A stretch of 64,000 bases of DNA from Ignavibacteria bacterium (GCA_016191145.1 JACPPD010000003.1:352778-416777), one strand, 5' to 3'; counted from the stretch's first letter, positions 20,642 through 31,688 are shown. Notes: a model not told the origin generated them from the sequence alone. Translations and numbers: made by a program.

Positions 20642-21445
20642 GTGGCACGTCTGGCATGTATGCTTGCCCGATACTCACCGCCATTTTGTTCAGTTGGACT
20701 TATCCTGCTATTGCGCTGTGTAACAGCCGTAATCCCGATCATCGTTTCTGTGATACCGATGAGTGGTCAGGTTCCCCAATTGATAACTGTTCAATTATAC
20801 CTTGAGCAAAACGGTTCTCCCATTGTTGGCAGTCATACCATTGATGTGAGATGGTATGGCCAGGCATCGGGCGGACTACCAATGTTTGAGGAATCGTTTA
20901 ACGTTAACGTCGAGCTCGGAATAGTTTCCGTGCTTCTTGGATCGGTGAGGCCGCTCGTCGATAGCCTCCTCAATTCAGGTACTGTATGGCTTGGCATTTC
21001 GGTTGACGGAGATGTGGAGCTGTTACCAAGAACCATCCTGGCAAGCGTTCCATATTCAATAGTCTCCGACCGAGCGCGAATAGCGCAGGCTCTTGCGCCA
21101 GAAGTTACAGGCGTGGTAACCTCAGTGAACGAGATAGCAGGCGTTGTTCGGATTGAAGCTGGAGATGGAATAAGGGTATCCCGTAACGGCAAGACGTTAA
21201 CGATAGCATCGAATCGTGTGCTTGAGCGTGGCGTTGTGAAAGGGACTGACACTGCACACGTATTCTATATCCAGCCAACCCTGGCGTTGAGCCCATCAAT
21301 GCTGATTGATATTCAAGTCAGTACTGAAGACTCAATTATTTCATGCTTTATTAAAAAAGTTGATCTATCCACAAATACGATTACCGTTGTCACATCCGCA
21401 CCACTGTTGTACACGGAGTCGCTTGAATGGGTGTTAATCCAATAA
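20642..21445 (+). CDS. Hypothetical secreted/membrane protein (cluster member 2)
   Basis: 267-aa ORF with a hydrophobic N-terminal segment. An alternative start lies at MSGQVPQL (~20759). No family recognised. Confidence 0.4.
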   Translation: MARLACMLARYSPPFCSVGLILLLRCVTAVIPIIVSVIPMSGQVPQLITVQLYLEQNGSPIVGSHTIDVRWYGQASGGLPMFEESFNVNVELGIVSVLLGSVRPLVDSLLNSGTVWLGISVDGDVELLPRTILASVPYSIVSDRARIAQALAPEVTGVVTSVNEIAGVVRIEAGDGIRVSRNGKTLTIASNRVLERGVVKGTDTAHVFYIQPTLALSPSMLIDIQVSTEDSIISCFIKKVDLSTNTITVVTSAPLLYTESLEWVLIQ

Positions 21446-21478
21446 TCATTTCTCCACTTTAATAATCTGGGACTCTAC

Positions 21479-22375
21479 ATGAACAGCGTACTTCGACCAT
21501 TGCTGATTCTATCGGCGATTATCGTCTGCCAGGCAGTTATGTATTCGCAAAGCCAAACCACTGGCACGTTGAATTTGCGAAACACTCAGCCTGAAACAAT
21601 ATCACTTTCTATACCATCTGCCGGCGTTACCGGATATAAGATTTTATTGCCCCCTACCATTGGTCAGCAAGGTCAGGCACTTACCATCGGATCGATAACA
21701 GGCACGTCGGCCCAACTCGATTGGACGAACTCGCAGTTTTGGGAACTTGAAGGTTCGGCTATATCTACCGGTGGAGTGGGAGCCGGGCAGCAGTACATGG
21801 GTACCAGTAATGCGCAGGATCTTGTGTTTGCCGCTAATGCAACAGAGTATGTTAGAATCATTGGTGCTGCAGGTCCAAAACAGGGATACATAGGATTAGG
21901 CACGCAGAGTCCGCAGGCTCCTGTTGACATTGCTGGAAACGTTCTGCTCTCAAATAGCGGCTCAGCAACAGAGCTCCGCTTTGCTGAGCCTTCGGCAGGC
22001 GGAACAGATTTCACCGCATTTAAGGCCGTAGCACAAACATCAAGTGTCACCTATACGCTGCCTCCTGGTGCGCCGGCGCAGGACGGGATGGTGCTTACGT
22101 CGTCCATAGGTGGAACGATGACGTGGGCAAAGCCGCTGTCTACAACTCCAATGGGTTTATTTGCTCCAACAGCAGGAAGCTATGTGCATGTAATACCAGT
22201 TGGGGCGACGCTCACTGGCACATCAGTCCCCATCGTGTCGGTTGTTAACGCTGCCGGAACAACAATTGGAATTAGTATAACCGGACGCGATACGGTTGCC
22301 GGAACAGTAACTGTGGAGACATCGGTGGGGCTCGAAGCAACAGATCGGATTGCATGGGCTGTTTTTAATCAATAA
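21479..22375 (+). CDS. Secreted tail-fibre-like repeat protein
   Basis: Signal peptide MNSVLRPLLILSAIIVCQAVMYSQ. Contains QGYIGLGTQSPQAPVDIAGNV, which resembles the GNVGIGTTSP collar motif of 'tail fiber domain-containing' surface proteins. Gly/Thr/Ser-rich. Confidence 0.5.
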   Translation: MNSVLRPLLILSAIIVCQAVMYSQSQTTGTLNLRNTQPETISLSIPSAGVTGYKILLPPTIGQQGQALTIGSITGTSAQLDWTNSQFWELEGSAISTGGVGAGQQYMGTSNAQDLVFAANATEYVRIIGAAGPKQGYIGLGTQSPQAPVDIAGNVLLSNSGSATELRFAEPSAGGTDFTAFKAVAQTSSVTYTLPPGAPAQDGMVLTSSIGGTMTWAKPLSTTPMGLFAPTAGSYVHVIPVGATLTGTSVPIVSVVNAAGTTIGISITGRDTVAGTVTVETSVGLEATDRIAWAVFNQ

Positions 22376-22403
22376 GTAACCGTAATTATAAAAATAGCAT
22401 CTG

Positions 22404-23873
22404 ATGTCTTCCAGAAGTGCCATTACAGTCTTTGTCGCAGTGGTTTGTGCTGGCGTTTCATCCATACTGGGAGCCCAACAGCTCACAGCAACGAGGTTTG
22501 AGGTTAGCGGTCCTGCATGGGATGGACTCAACGGAGCAGCTATCGGAACTCGCGATGTAATACCACTGGTTATCGCCAACAACTCTCCCACAGCACAACC
22601 CATTCGATTTCTCACCGGCAGCAATGGCTCCGAACGTGCTATGGAGATCAGTTCGAATGCAGACGTGTGGATGCGCGGATCGCTGAGTGTTGGTAAAACC
22701 ACGGGAGCAGCTCTCAATGAAATCGCACGGATTGGAACGATTCCGGCAACAAATGGGCGTGGGTTGACAATCGACATGACGGGTACGTCGACTTCGTCGG
22801 GATTACTCATTTCTTCTGTGGGTGCATCTGGAGTAGACAACGCCGGAATCACACTGCAGAGTTCCTCAAACGGTGTTGGCACAGCGTTGCGCATAGGAGG
22901 GCCATCGGGCTCAGTGCGTCCGACATTCGGTACGGGTATCGATATCACCGGCGGCACCGGAATTCGATATAATGCTCTCAGTAGTGGGAGTGGGACGGCC
23001 ATCGAGATCGGTGGCTCTACCTCTCCCGTAATCGGCGTTGATGCCATTGTGTCTGGTACCGGCCACATTGGTGTGCTTGCACGTGCCAATACGAATGGCG
23101 TTGGTGTAATCGGTCTTTCGTATTCCGGGTCATACACTGCAATACCAACGGCTGACGGAATCGGAATTATCGGCAGGGCAGCATCGAATAGCAACATCGC
23201 CATGGACAGCGTCGTTGGAATTCTTGCTCAGGCTGAACGTGGCGGCCAGGGCGGCACCCGGACAACAACTATCGGACTATTATCCGAAGCTATCAGCATG
23301 GGCACACAGCACTCTGGGACTGCTATCGGTGTTGTTGGTTCTGCGCAGTCATGGTCTCTAGGAACAAGCGTCGCTGTCGGCGGTGCATTTATGGCGGCTC
23401 CGCTGGATTTATCACTGGTGACGCTGGGAGGTTCGGTATTGCTCGGTTGCGCCGTTGCCTATCAACCGAATGCATTTACGAATTCGACACTGACTGGCGA
23501 TACAAGAACACAAACCCAGGTGTATAGCATTGAGGTTAGTGGCGTTCCGTCTCTCGTCAATCACATAACTGTAAATCTCACATCCGCAACCGTAAACGAT
23601 CTGCAGCCGGCAGATTCTCCGATTGTCAGGGTTATACCCAACGCCGGTGGGACCGATATCGTGGGAATCGGTGGAATTAAAGAGGGTCGGTTAGTAACAA
23701 TAATTAACACAGGGGGCGAGCTAAACATTGTACCCGAAAATGGTCTGGCAGGAGCACAGTTCAGAATTATGACTCCTAACATGGTAGCAATGATCATGCC
23801 CCCGCAGGGAGTAGTCACTCTTTGGTACGATCAGGTTAACGAGAGATGGCGCGTTATTTCCTCCAATTTCTGA
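22404..23873 (+). CDS. Secreted Gly/Thr/Ser-rich repeat protein (beta-helix/tail-fibre-like)
   Basis: Signal peptide MSSRSAITVFVAVVCAGVSSILGAQQ. Many GxGIxG / G(T/S)G repeats across 489 aa. Confidence 0.5.
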   Translation: MSSRSAITVFVAVVCAGVSSILGAQQLTATRFEVSGPAWDGLNGAAIGTRDVIPLVIANNSPTAQPIRFLTGSNGSERAMEISSNADVWMRGSLSVGKTTGAALNEIARIGTIPATNGRGLTIDMTGTSTSSGLLISSVGASGVDNAGITLQSSSNGVGTALRIGGPSGSVRPTFGTGIDITGGTGIRYNALSSGSGTAIEIGGSTSPVIGVDAIVSGTGHIGVLARANTNGVGVIGLSYSGSYTAIPTADGIGIIGRAASNSNIAMDSVVGILAQAERGGQGGTRTTTIGLLSEAISMGTQHSGTAIGVVGSAQSWSLGTSVAVGGAFMAAPLDLSLVTLGGSVLLGCAVAYQPNAFTNSTLTGDTRTQTQVYSIEVSGVPSLVNHITVNLTSATVNDLQPADSPIVRVIPNAGGTDIVGIGGIKEGRLVTIINTGGELNIVPENGLAGAQFRIMTPNMVAMIMPPQGVVTLWYDQVNERWRVISSNF

Positions 23874-25684
23874 TTGCGGCTGTTGCAGCCTGCGGCACCA
23901 TGCAGGCGCAGGAACCCGTTTATGCGCGTGTTATCAACATCGATTCTTGCGCCGGCATTCTGACGTTAGACAACGTACAGGGATTCCGTGATGGCGACAC
24001 CGTAATGATCCATCAATCTCACGGCGCTCTTGTTGATGAATATGGTAACGTTGTTGAGTATCGCAGTGCAGGACAATGGGAGATTGCAGTAATCGATCGA
24101 GTTGCTGGCGTCCTTGCTTTCCTCACAGAGCGCCTTGCCAAGCAATATGATTGTTTCAACGCTGTTCAGATTTGCAGGGCAATTGCTGGACAGCGTGTTG
24201 ATGTAACATCGCATCTCTCAGCCAAGCCATTCATCGATGGACAGGGTGGAATACTCTTCATGCTCGCCGACACATTGAATCTTCTCGATACCATTGATGC
24301 AAATGGCATGGGATATATCGGCGGTGAGAGAAGCATTTCGGGATGGGATACATCTTACGCCGATGGAAATGCATTTTTCTTCGACGGAACTTCAGGTGGT
24401 AAGGGGCAAACCATTGTCAGACCATATCCTGAGCGAACAGCAGGCAAGCTCCATTCTGCTCATGCCGGTGGCGGTGGAAATGCGCGTAATGCAGGCGGTG
24501 GTGGAGGTGCTGGCGGGGGGCAAGGGGGCAAGGGAGGCTTTCAGACAAGCGAATACGATGTACTGGATGTAGGCGGAATGGGTGGCATTCCAATACTTGA
24601 ACCTTCGTCGGTCCAGAGATTGTTTTTTGGCGGTGGTGGCGGAGGGGGTCAACAGAACGACTTCGGAGCAAGTGGCGGTGGAGCAGGCGGAGGAATAATC
24701 TTCATTCGCGCAAGGGTGCTAATGGGTGATTCAATCGGAGCAATCATTGCAGATGGAGAAAATGCCCTTTATGCATTTGATGACGGTGCAGGCGGGGGAG
24801 GGGGCGGAGGCACAATTGTTCTTTGCTTCGACACTATCATTGGCTCTTTTGCTGTTACCGCAAGAGGTGGTATAGGCGGACAAACTGTGTCATCGTTTCG
24901 GTGTTACGGTCCTGGAGGAGGCGGCGGCGGCGGCGCTGTGATCTTGTGCACCAACAATGCCTATCGTAACTATAGTTACGATGAGCTTAACGTGGACGTG
25001 GATGGTGGACGAAACGGACAGACTATATCTCCGGACTCATTATGCAGTGTAGACAGTTCGTATGGAGCCTCTCCCGGAGCCGACGGCCAGGTTCTCAAAT
25101 TGCCGTTACCGCAATCGGCAGGCATCCAGGAATGCGGCGAACCAGCAATCGTTGTAAGAACACTCGATGCGAGGGCTCGGGCAGGAGAACGATTCGAAGC
25201 GATATTGGAAGTTGATGTTAGGACAGCTCTCTCTCGCATGGTCACGCTTGCAACAAGAATTCGCACAAGAGCATCGGTGCTGATACCTGAGGGCCCATAT
25301 CGATGGGCAGGCAGAAGAGCAATGATTCGCTATCACAGCTTCGACATTCCGGCGGGTCCACCAGCACTATACAGGATTCCACTGAAATATATTGCTGCAC
25401 TTGGCGACAGCGCCTCAGTTGTCATTAACCTGGATTCGGCAACGTGTCCCTTCGATTCGTTGAGAGTAGTAATTGAAAGCAGCGGAACATTTGTCCTCGA
25501 CGGTGTATGTACAGACAACAACAGAACACGACTATTTGATCCATTTTCTTCGAACACAGATAGCCGCAACGAAGTGGTCAGGTACTACGATGTATTGGGA
25601 AACGAATATCCGGATGTCGGATCGGGAGTAATACTAAACGGACGCTACCCGGTGTTTACTAGTCGCCGAGTCCGCAACGACTGA
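23846..25684 (+). CDS. Secreted protein with four extreme poly-Gly repeats
   Basis: Signal peptide [24 protein letters not shown]. Repeats [69 protein letters not shown] and [14 protein letters not shown], each followed by a hydrophobic beta-strand-like segment. It overlaps the previous gene by 28 nt. Confidence 0.5.
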   Translation: MARYFLQFLIAAVAACGTMQAQEPVYARVINIDSCAGILTLDNVQGFRDGDTVMIHQSHGALVDEYGNVVEYRSAGQWEIAVIDRVAGVLAFLTERLAKQYDCFNAVQICRAIAGQRVDVTSHLSAKPFIDGQGGILFMLADTLNLLDTIDANGMGYIGGERSISGWDTSYADGNAFFFDGTSGGKGQTIVRPYPERTAGKLHSAHAGGGGNARNAGGGGGAGGGQGGKGGFQTSEYDVLDVGGMGGIPILEPSSVQRLFFGGGGGGGQQNDFGASGGGAGGGIIFIRARVLMGDSIGAIIADGENALYAFDDGAGGGGGGGTIVLCFDTIIGSFAVTARGGIGGQTVSSFRCYGPGGGGGGGAVILCTNNAYRNYSYDELNVDVDGGRNGQTISPDSLCSVDSSYGASPGADGQVLKLPLPQSAGIQECGEPAIVVRTLDARARAGERFEAILEVDVRTALSRMVTLATRIRTRASVLIPEGPYRWAGRRAMIRYHSFDIPAGPPALYRIPLKYIAALGDSASVVINLDSATCPFDSLRVVIESSGTFVLDGVCTDNNRTRLFDPFSSNTDSRNEVVRYYDVLGNEYPDVGSGVILNGRYPVFTSRRVRND

Positions 25685-26984
25685 AAATCAGATCGACATT
25701 TCTTATCATTCCTTCGTTTGCGAATAAATCGTCCAGCTCGGAATCGGTTAGGAATTTTTTTAATGCCGCGTCGGACCCAAGCGTTTTTCGCAGTGGCGTC
25801 TTTGATTGCCACGTAATCATGGCATTCCGCTGTACCATTGCATAAGCCTCTTCTCTGGTGAGCCCCTTTCTAACTAAAGCAAGTAATACTGTTTGGGAAA
25901 GGGGCAATCCATACGTCAGGTCGAGATTCCTTTTCATTGCATCGGAGTAGACGATCAGTTTTTCGATGAGCGCCGTGACGAGATAGAGCATGTAATCGAG
26001 AGTAATGGTTGCATCAGGACAGATAACGCGCTCAACACTCGAATGTGAAATATCGCGTTCGTGCCACAATGCGTTGTTTTCGACCGATGCTGTTGCGTAT
26101 CCGCGGAGCAATCTCGACAAGCCGCACAGCCGTTCGCTAACAATTGGATTACGTTTATGAGGCATGGCGCTCGAACCTTTTTGTCCTTCAGAAAAGAACT
26201 CCTCGGCTTCCCGTACTTCAGTGCGCTGAAGATGCCTGACTTCTGTGGCAATTTTCTCGATGAACGAACCGATTAAGGCAATCGTCGTCAGGTATTCAGC
26301 ATGGCGATCGCGTTGTACAACCTGTGTGCTTACAGGCGCAGGCTTCAACCCAAGTTTTGAACATACATATTCTTCTACATCGGGAGAGAGATGTTCGAAT
26401 GTGCCAACTGCACCTGAAATCATTCCAACGGAGATAACATCAATGGCTCTTGTTAGACGGTCAATGCAGCGTTTGCATTCCTCGTGCCACAATGCAAGTT
26501 TCAATCCAAAGGTCGTGGGCTCTGCATGAATGCCGTGCGTTCTGCCAATACAGATAGTATGCTTGAATTCGATGGCTCTGCGTGCTAAAACTTCCCTGAA
26601 GGCAAGCAAATCGTTTAAGAGGAGATTACCCGCTTGTTTAAGCTGAAGACCAAGGCACGTATCGAGAACGTCGCTCGACGTCATGCCCAGATGAATGAAC
26701 CGCGATGCTGGTCCAACATATTCGGCAACGTTGGTTGTAAATGCAATTACATCGTGCTTCGTTACTTCCTCGATCTCAAGAATCCTTTGCACGTCGAACC
26801 GTGCCTTCTTTCGAATTTCATCGACAGCATCCTGTGGAATGATTCCCGCTTTTGCCTGGGCTTCGCACGCTAGGATTTCGATTTCCAGCCATATAGAGAA
26901 GCGGTTTTCATCGGACCAGATAGCGGCCATGTCGGGGCGGGAATAACGCTGTATCATAGAATTAACGGAGCATGAGAAACACAA
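25659..26984 (-). CDS. purB: Adenylosuccinate lyase
   Basis: 441 aa. The [28 protein letters not shown]-terminus and the fumarate-lyase signature region ([11 protein letters not shown]) are typical of PurB. Confidence 0.85.
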   Translation of the reverse strand: MCFSCSVNSMIQRYSRPDMAAIWSDENRFSIWLEIEILACEAQAKAGIIPQDAVDEIRKKARFDVQRILEIEEVTKHDVIAFTTNVAEYVGPASRFIHLGMTSSDVLDTCLGLQLKQAGNLLLNDLLAFREVLARRAIEFKHTICIGRTHGIHAEPTTFGLKLALWHEECKRCIDRLTRAIDVISVGMISGAVGTFEHLSPDVEEYVCSKLGLKPAPVSTQVVQRDRHAEYLTTIALIGSFIEKIATEVRHLQRTEVREAEEFFSEGQKGSSAMPHKRNPIVSERLCGLSRLLRGYATASVENNALWHERDISHSSVERVICPDATITLDYMLYLVTALIEKLIVYSDAMKRNLDLTYGLPLSQTVLLALVRKGLTREEAYAMVQRNAMITWQSKTPLRKTLGSDAALKKFLTDSELDDLFANEGMIRNVDLIFSRCGLGD

Positions 26985-26996
26985 AAATACAGATGT

Positions 26997-27671
26997 TTAT
27001 GGTAGCCTTTTGCCGACAAATTCCTGTCGGTACGTTGGTTCGAACGTGAGTGGATCAACATTCTTTTGACGTTTACTGTCAATCATCACATAGGCACACA
27101 TGGCCACGTATGCTGCGGAAAGCTCAATACACACAACCTTTGCTGGCATGATAGGCTCTGATAGCGTTGGGCTGACGAGAACATCACGTGCATCAACTGT
27201 TGTTTGAATCTCGCTTACAGTCACAATGTCGATTACTGACAAGGCTTCCCATTGCATGCGAGACGTGACGTTAAAACGCTGAAGAAAGCAGCGGTTACCA
27301 TGGCTTTCCAATATGCATGCTACCGTCAATGGAAATCTATCCTGCTGAGTAAGTGATGACGAATACGCATAAACCAACGATTCCATGGTCGAAATGCCGA
27401 GAAGCTGCGGCCGATTCGTTAACGTCAGCCCCTTGGCGAACGATACCCCAATTCTTGTGCCGGTAAACGAACCTGGACCACTGCTTACGGCAACGACGTC
27501 GATATCATCAAACGATATACCAGCGTCTTTCAGAACATTTCTGACGGACCCGGTAAGATAAAGATCGTGAACATTGGCTTCTTTAATTTCATTAATTGCT
27601 ATTATTTCTCCAGATCTTACCACTGCACTCCCACAAACCAAACTAGTCGATTCAATTCCAAGAATAATCAT
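26997..27671 (-). CDS. tsaB: tRNA threonylcarbamoyladenosine biosynthesis protein TsaB
   Basis: MIILGIESTSLVCGSAVV N-terminus (inactive Kae1/YeaZ fold), 224 aa. Confidence 0.75.
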   Translation of the reverse strand: MIILGIESTSLVCGSAVVRSGEIIAINEIKEANVHDLYLTGSVRNVLKDAGISFDDIDVVAVSSGPGSFTGTRIGVSFAKGLTLTNRPQLLGISTMESLVYAYSSSLTQQDRFPLTVACILESHGNRCFLQRFNVTSRMQWEALSVIDIVTVSEIQTTVDARDVLVSPTLSEPIMPAKVVCIELSAAYVAMCAYVMIDSKRQKNVDPLTFEPTYRQEFVGKRLP

Positions 27672-30600
27672 GCTAAACTTTCTACCACAAGCTTGTCTGC
27701 AAACATTTGAATCAGCGTAATAGCATCTTCGCGGCGCGCAAGCTGAGATTCTATAAGCAATCGTTTTCCCTGTTGCACAAGTCTTGTATTAGGCCGTGTC
27801 GAGATAAATTCCAGGTATAACGGGAATACGTCGGTATAAAACCGTGAATCGGACTCCGGCGGGCACTCCAACTTCAGCGTGGTGCCAGCAAGGACAACTC
27901 GAACGAATCCTGTTGCAAGAGCTGCAATCCGGAGGCGCACAGCAAACAGCATATTATCGGCTTCTTGCGTTAATGCTCCAAACCTATCGCGCAGTTCATC
28001 GAACACAGCGGATACTTCTTGCTCGGAGTGTGCATTGTAAAGGCGCTTATAGGCTTCGTACCGATCGGTATCGCCTGGGATGTAGGACGAGGGGAGTAGC
28101 GTGTCTACATCGAGTTCGATTGCAACATCTTCATTGATGAATGCTTTATGTCTGGGGCGGCTGCCGGCAAACATTTCCGCAAACTCTTCAGTTCTGAGTT
28201 CTTCCATTGCTTCATCGATTATTTTCTGATAGAGTTCGAAGCCCATTTCCACAATAAAACCGCTTTGCTCGCCCCCTAACAAATTTCCCGAGCCTCGTAT
28301 TTCCAGATCGCGCATGGCCAATTGAAAACCGCTGCCGAGATCGGTGAATTCTTCGAGCGCCTGAAGCCTGCGCAGAGCCGTTCTGGATAGCGTGTGAATG
28401 GGCGGCACTACCAGATAACAGTACGCCTGAGTATTGGATCGGCCAACACGGCCACGAAGCTGATACAGTTCAGCCAACCCGAAATTATCAGAGTTTACAA
28501 TGATGATGGTATTCGCGTTGGGAATGTCGAGACCCGACTCGATGATCTTGGTTGAGATGAGAACATCGGTTTTTCTCTCGAGGAACGATTCCATTACCGA
28601 TTCAAGTTCTTCCGTGGGCATCTGACCATGAGCAACACCAATTCGAAGCGCGGGAGCAAGCATCTGAATACGCATGCGGAGCTTGTCCATATCATTGATG
28701 CGATCCGTTACAACAAACGACTGACCTTCGCGGTCAGATTCAAATAACAATGCATCGCGGACAACATCATCGTCCCATTCAAGAATCTCCGTCGTAATCG
28801 GCAGCCGGTTCCGTGGTGGTGTTTCGATGATGGAGAGATCGCGCGCTCCCATGAGCGAAAAATTCAACGTTCGCGGAATCGGCGTTGCTGTTAATGTGAG
28901 AGTATCAACAGTGGAACGCAACGAACGAAGTTTTTCCTTTGCTGTAACGCCAAATCGATGCTCTTCATCGATGATCAGTAATCCAAGCTGACGGAATTCA
29001 ACATCCTTACTCAGCAGGCGGTGTGTACCAATGATGATATCAACTTTTCCATCCCTGAGCTTTTCAAGAATCTCCTTTTGTGATGCCTTCGATCGGAAGC
29101 GTGATAATACCTCGATGTTGATCGGATAGCGGTGGAGTCTGTCGCGAAACGTAACAAAGTGTTGTTGAGCCAGAATCGTTGTCGGCACAAGCATAGCAAC
29201 CTGCTTGCCAGCCTGCGCCGCCTTAAAAGCAGCACGAATCGCGATTTCTGTTTTGCCAAAGCCAACATCACCGCACACAAGTCTGTCCATAGGTGATGGA
29301 GCTTCCATGTCGAACTTCAACTCAGCCGTTGTGCGTGCCTGGTCAGCAGTATCTTCATATTGAAACGATGCTTCAAATTCTTTTTGCCAAACGGTATCTC
29401 CGGGATATGAGTAACCCGGTTGGGATTTTCGTTGTGCATAGAGCCTGATGAGATCGCGCGCAATATCTTTGATCTTGCTCTTTGCTCGAGATTTTCTCCG
29501 TTCCCATTCTGCCGATCCGAGTTTAGAAACTCTGGGAACCGATCCCTCTTCGGAAGCATATTTTGAAAGCTTGTGTACGTAATTAAGATGAACGTAGAGT
29601 ACGTCGCTCCCTGCAAATAGAAGTTTAACGCAATCAACCTTGCTTCCGTTGATTTCGATTGTCCGAATTCCATCGAACTGACCGATGCCCTTGTCCTCGT
29701 GTACTACATAATCACCTCGGTGAATCTGTTGTAATTCACGAAGTGTTATCCCGCTTTCATTTTTACGCGAACGCTGCTGAGCACGTTGCCTTCCAAAAAT
29801 CTGATGTTCGGCATAACATGCAAGCTTCACATCAGTCCACACAAATCCGTCGCTAAACGAAGACGAATGCCAGCGAATAGCGTCCATCGTTCGGAACATT
29901 CTGCTGGAGAGTTCTGAGTTGCCCTCCTCAGTTTGTTCTGCAATGCCTTCACACAGGTCTCTGATGCGCCTGATGTTGGGGAGTCCGTCGGCGCCCAGAT
30001 GGAGATTGATTCCGCGATTCACTAACGAGGCTGCCGACGTGAGCATCTGTTCGATCGAACCTGCAAACGGTGGCTGAGTTGAAGACTGCGTTTGGATGTC
30101 TGCATGCCCTAAGGGATTGACGTCGACACGGGGCCACCGGCGCAAGGCCGACGTATCATAAATATCGTTAGTTCTGTGAAGTTCAGATTCAATAGCATCG
30201 GGACTATCGTATACAAGAATCGCGTCCGCAGGAAAATGCTCAACGATTGTCGCTCCAAGCTGCTCTCCTGTATGGAATACCTTGGTAAGGATCGTTACTG
30301 TATCGTGCTCCCGAATCGACCGTTGGGAAAGGGGCTCGAATTCGCGAATGGAATCGATAGTATCTCCCCAGAATTCGATGCGTAATGGGTTGTTCCACCC
30401 ACCTGGGTAAACGTCTATGATTCCGCCCCTTACGGCCATTTCACCTGGACGCCCAACGTAGTCTGTTCGTTCGTAACCGTTCAGCGCAAGGTGAATACTA
30501 AATGAGTCAAAATCGAGCTCCATGCCACGATTCAGTGTCTGCTGTACATCGGCAAGCTCATGTCGGCCAGGCAGCAGTACCGGTAACGCCTGTGCAGCAA

Positions 30601-30970
30601 CAACAACAACCGTCCGTGCCCCCTCGTTCAACTTTAACAGAGCATCGATTTCATCGTGCTGCAGAGTGTTCGAACCGGTTAACGACCTGCGTTTCGAGGC
30701 GCTGTGAATGGAACAGACGGTATCTGATCCAAGGAGGATTCCGAGATCGAATGTGACGTCGGTACACGATCTGTCATCAGGCGTAATCACCACAAACGGT
30801 CTGTTTCCGGCCGACCACAATGCACCAATGAATACACTTCTTGCTGACCCTGAAAGCTGCTTGACCGAAACTGAATTATTCTCTGTAAGAAACCGTGCCG
30901 CATCAAGAACTGGCTTGGCTGATATAAGGTATCGTAGCGTTTCGGAATAGTTGTCCTGAATTCCTTTCAT
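27668..30970 (-). CDS. mfd: Transcription-repair coupling factor Mfd
   Basis: 1100 aa. Contains a UvrB-homology region, CGDVGFGKTE (helicase motif I), DEEHRFGV (motif II) and a TRCF C-terminal domain. Confidence 0.9.
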   Translation of the reverse strand: MKGIQDNYSETLRYLISAKPVLDAARFLTENNSVSVKQLSGSARSVFIGALWSAGNRPFVVITPDDRSCTDVTFDLGILLGSDTVCSIHSASKRRSLTGSNTLQHDEIDALLKLNEGARTVVVVAAQALPVLLPGRHELADVQQTLNRGMELDFDSFSIHLALNGYERTDYVGRPGEMAVRGGIIDVYPGGWNNPLRIEFWGDTIDSIREFEPLSQRSIREHDTVTILTKVFHTGEQLGATIVEHFPADAILVYDSPDAIESELHRTNDIYDTSALRRWPRVDVNPLGHADIQTQSSTQPPFAGSIEQMLTSAASLVNRGINLHLGADGLPNIRRIRDLCEGIAEQTEEGNSELSSRMFRTMDAIRWHSSSFSDGFVWTDVKLACYAEHQIFGRQRAQQRSRKNESGITLRELQQIHRGDYVVHEDKGIGQFDGIRTIEINGSKVDCVKLLFAGSDVLYVHLNYVHKLSKYASEEGSVPRVSKLGSAEWERRKSRAKSKIKDIARDLIRLYAQRKSQPGYSYPGDTVWQKEFEASFQYEDTADQARTTAELKFDMEAPSPMDRLVCGDVGFGKTEIAIRAAFKAAQAGKQVAMLVPTTILAQQHFVTFRDRLHRYPINIEVLSRFRSKASQKEILEKLRDGKVDIIIGTHRLLSKDVEFRQLGLLIIDEEHRFGVTAKEKLRSLRSTVDTLTLTATPIPRTLNFSLMGARDLSIIETPPRNRLPITTEILEWDDDVVRDALLFESDREGQSFVVTDRINDMDKLRMRIQMLAPALRIGVAHGQMPTEELESVMESFLERKTDVLISTKIIESGLDIPNANTIIIVNSDNFGLAELYQLRGRVGRSNTQAYCYLVVPPIHTLSRTALRRLQALEEFTDLGSGFQLAMRDLEIRGSGNLLGGEQSGFIVEMGFELYQKIIDEAMEELRTEEFAEMFAGSRPRHKAFINEDVAIELDVDTLLPSSYIPGDTDRYEAYKRLYNAHSEQEVSAVFDELRDRFGALTQEADNMLFAVRLRIAALATGFVRVVLAGTTLKLECPPESDSRFYTDVFPLYLEFISTRPNTRLVQQGKRLLIESQLARREDAITLIQMFADKLVVESLA

Positions 30971-31051
30971 CGTTACAAGTTTACGCGATGTAATTTTGTC
31001 GGTGGCATTGAGCTCGCGATACTGGCCTTTTCGAACGATGCCGGAGGAAGC

Positions 31052-31456
31052 ATGTACCGCATAAAGTTGTTGATTGGAATCCTCGTTGCAGCCTTCAGCA
31101 GCGTGTACCTATTGTTTGGAGTCGTTGGATGGGAACACGAAAGCATGAAGGCTGCCGATCTCATAACGTGTTTCATACTGGCGTCGCTTCATCTTGGCAT
31201 TGGTTCATGGCTCCTTTTCACAAGCTTGAGTGAATACCGTCGGGAGCATCGAAGAGTTGAAGATGTTGTACGCCGCCTCATTGATTCGAGCGGCGGGCGA
31301 GTAACCATAGCCGATGTAGCCAAATATGCTGGTATCTCCGAAGAGGATGCACACGAACATCTTGAGCGCCGATCGAAACACGACGTCGTTATCGTCATGC
31401 AAAACACTGCAGGTTCCGATGTGTTCTTTTTTGGCCAGCAGTATTGGAATAATTAG
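31052..31456 (+). CDS. Hypothetical small membrane protein with C-terminal HTH-like segment
   Basis: Two N-terminal TM helices, then RVTIADVAKYAGISEEDAHEHL (helix-turn-helix-like). Divergent from mfd. Confidence 0.4.
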   Translation: MYRIKLLIGILVAAFSSVYLLFGVVGWEHESMKAADLITCFILASLHLGIGSWLLFTSLSEYRREHRRVEDVVRRLIDSSGGRVTIADVAKYAGISEEDAHEHLERRSKHDVVIVMQNTAGSDVFFFGQQYWNN

Positions 31457-31476
31457 CGAAATAACAATCTTCGATT

Positions 31477-31677
31477 GTGCCTGAAAACGAATCCGTAAAA
31501 AGGAAGAGATACGTTGTAATAGCGCTCGTCACTATTTTTAGTATAGTGTTTTTTTTGTTAATATTTAGAGGGGGCATGTGTGAGCGATATGAACAACGGA
31601 TGGAGCAACAGAGGTACATGAAACAATACATTGATTCATTGCGAACAAAGCAGCAAAAAGAAATTCCTTCGAGGTAA
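31477..31677 (+). CDS. Hypothetical single-TM small protein (66 aa)
   Basis: VVIALVTIFSIVFFLLIF TM segment. Short ORF directly downstream of the previous gene. Confidence 0.3.
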   Translation: MPENESVKRKRYVVIALVTIFSIVFFLLIFRGGMCERYEQRMEQQRYMKQYIDSLRTKQQKEIPSR

Positions 31678-31688
31678 AGAGTCGTCCT

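Noticed and set aside
24400-24960. G-rich stretch as a possible non-coding G-quadruplex or repeat element
   Set aside because: It sits within a long intact ORF with signal peptide, and the Gly codons (GGN) explain the composition. Treated as coding.
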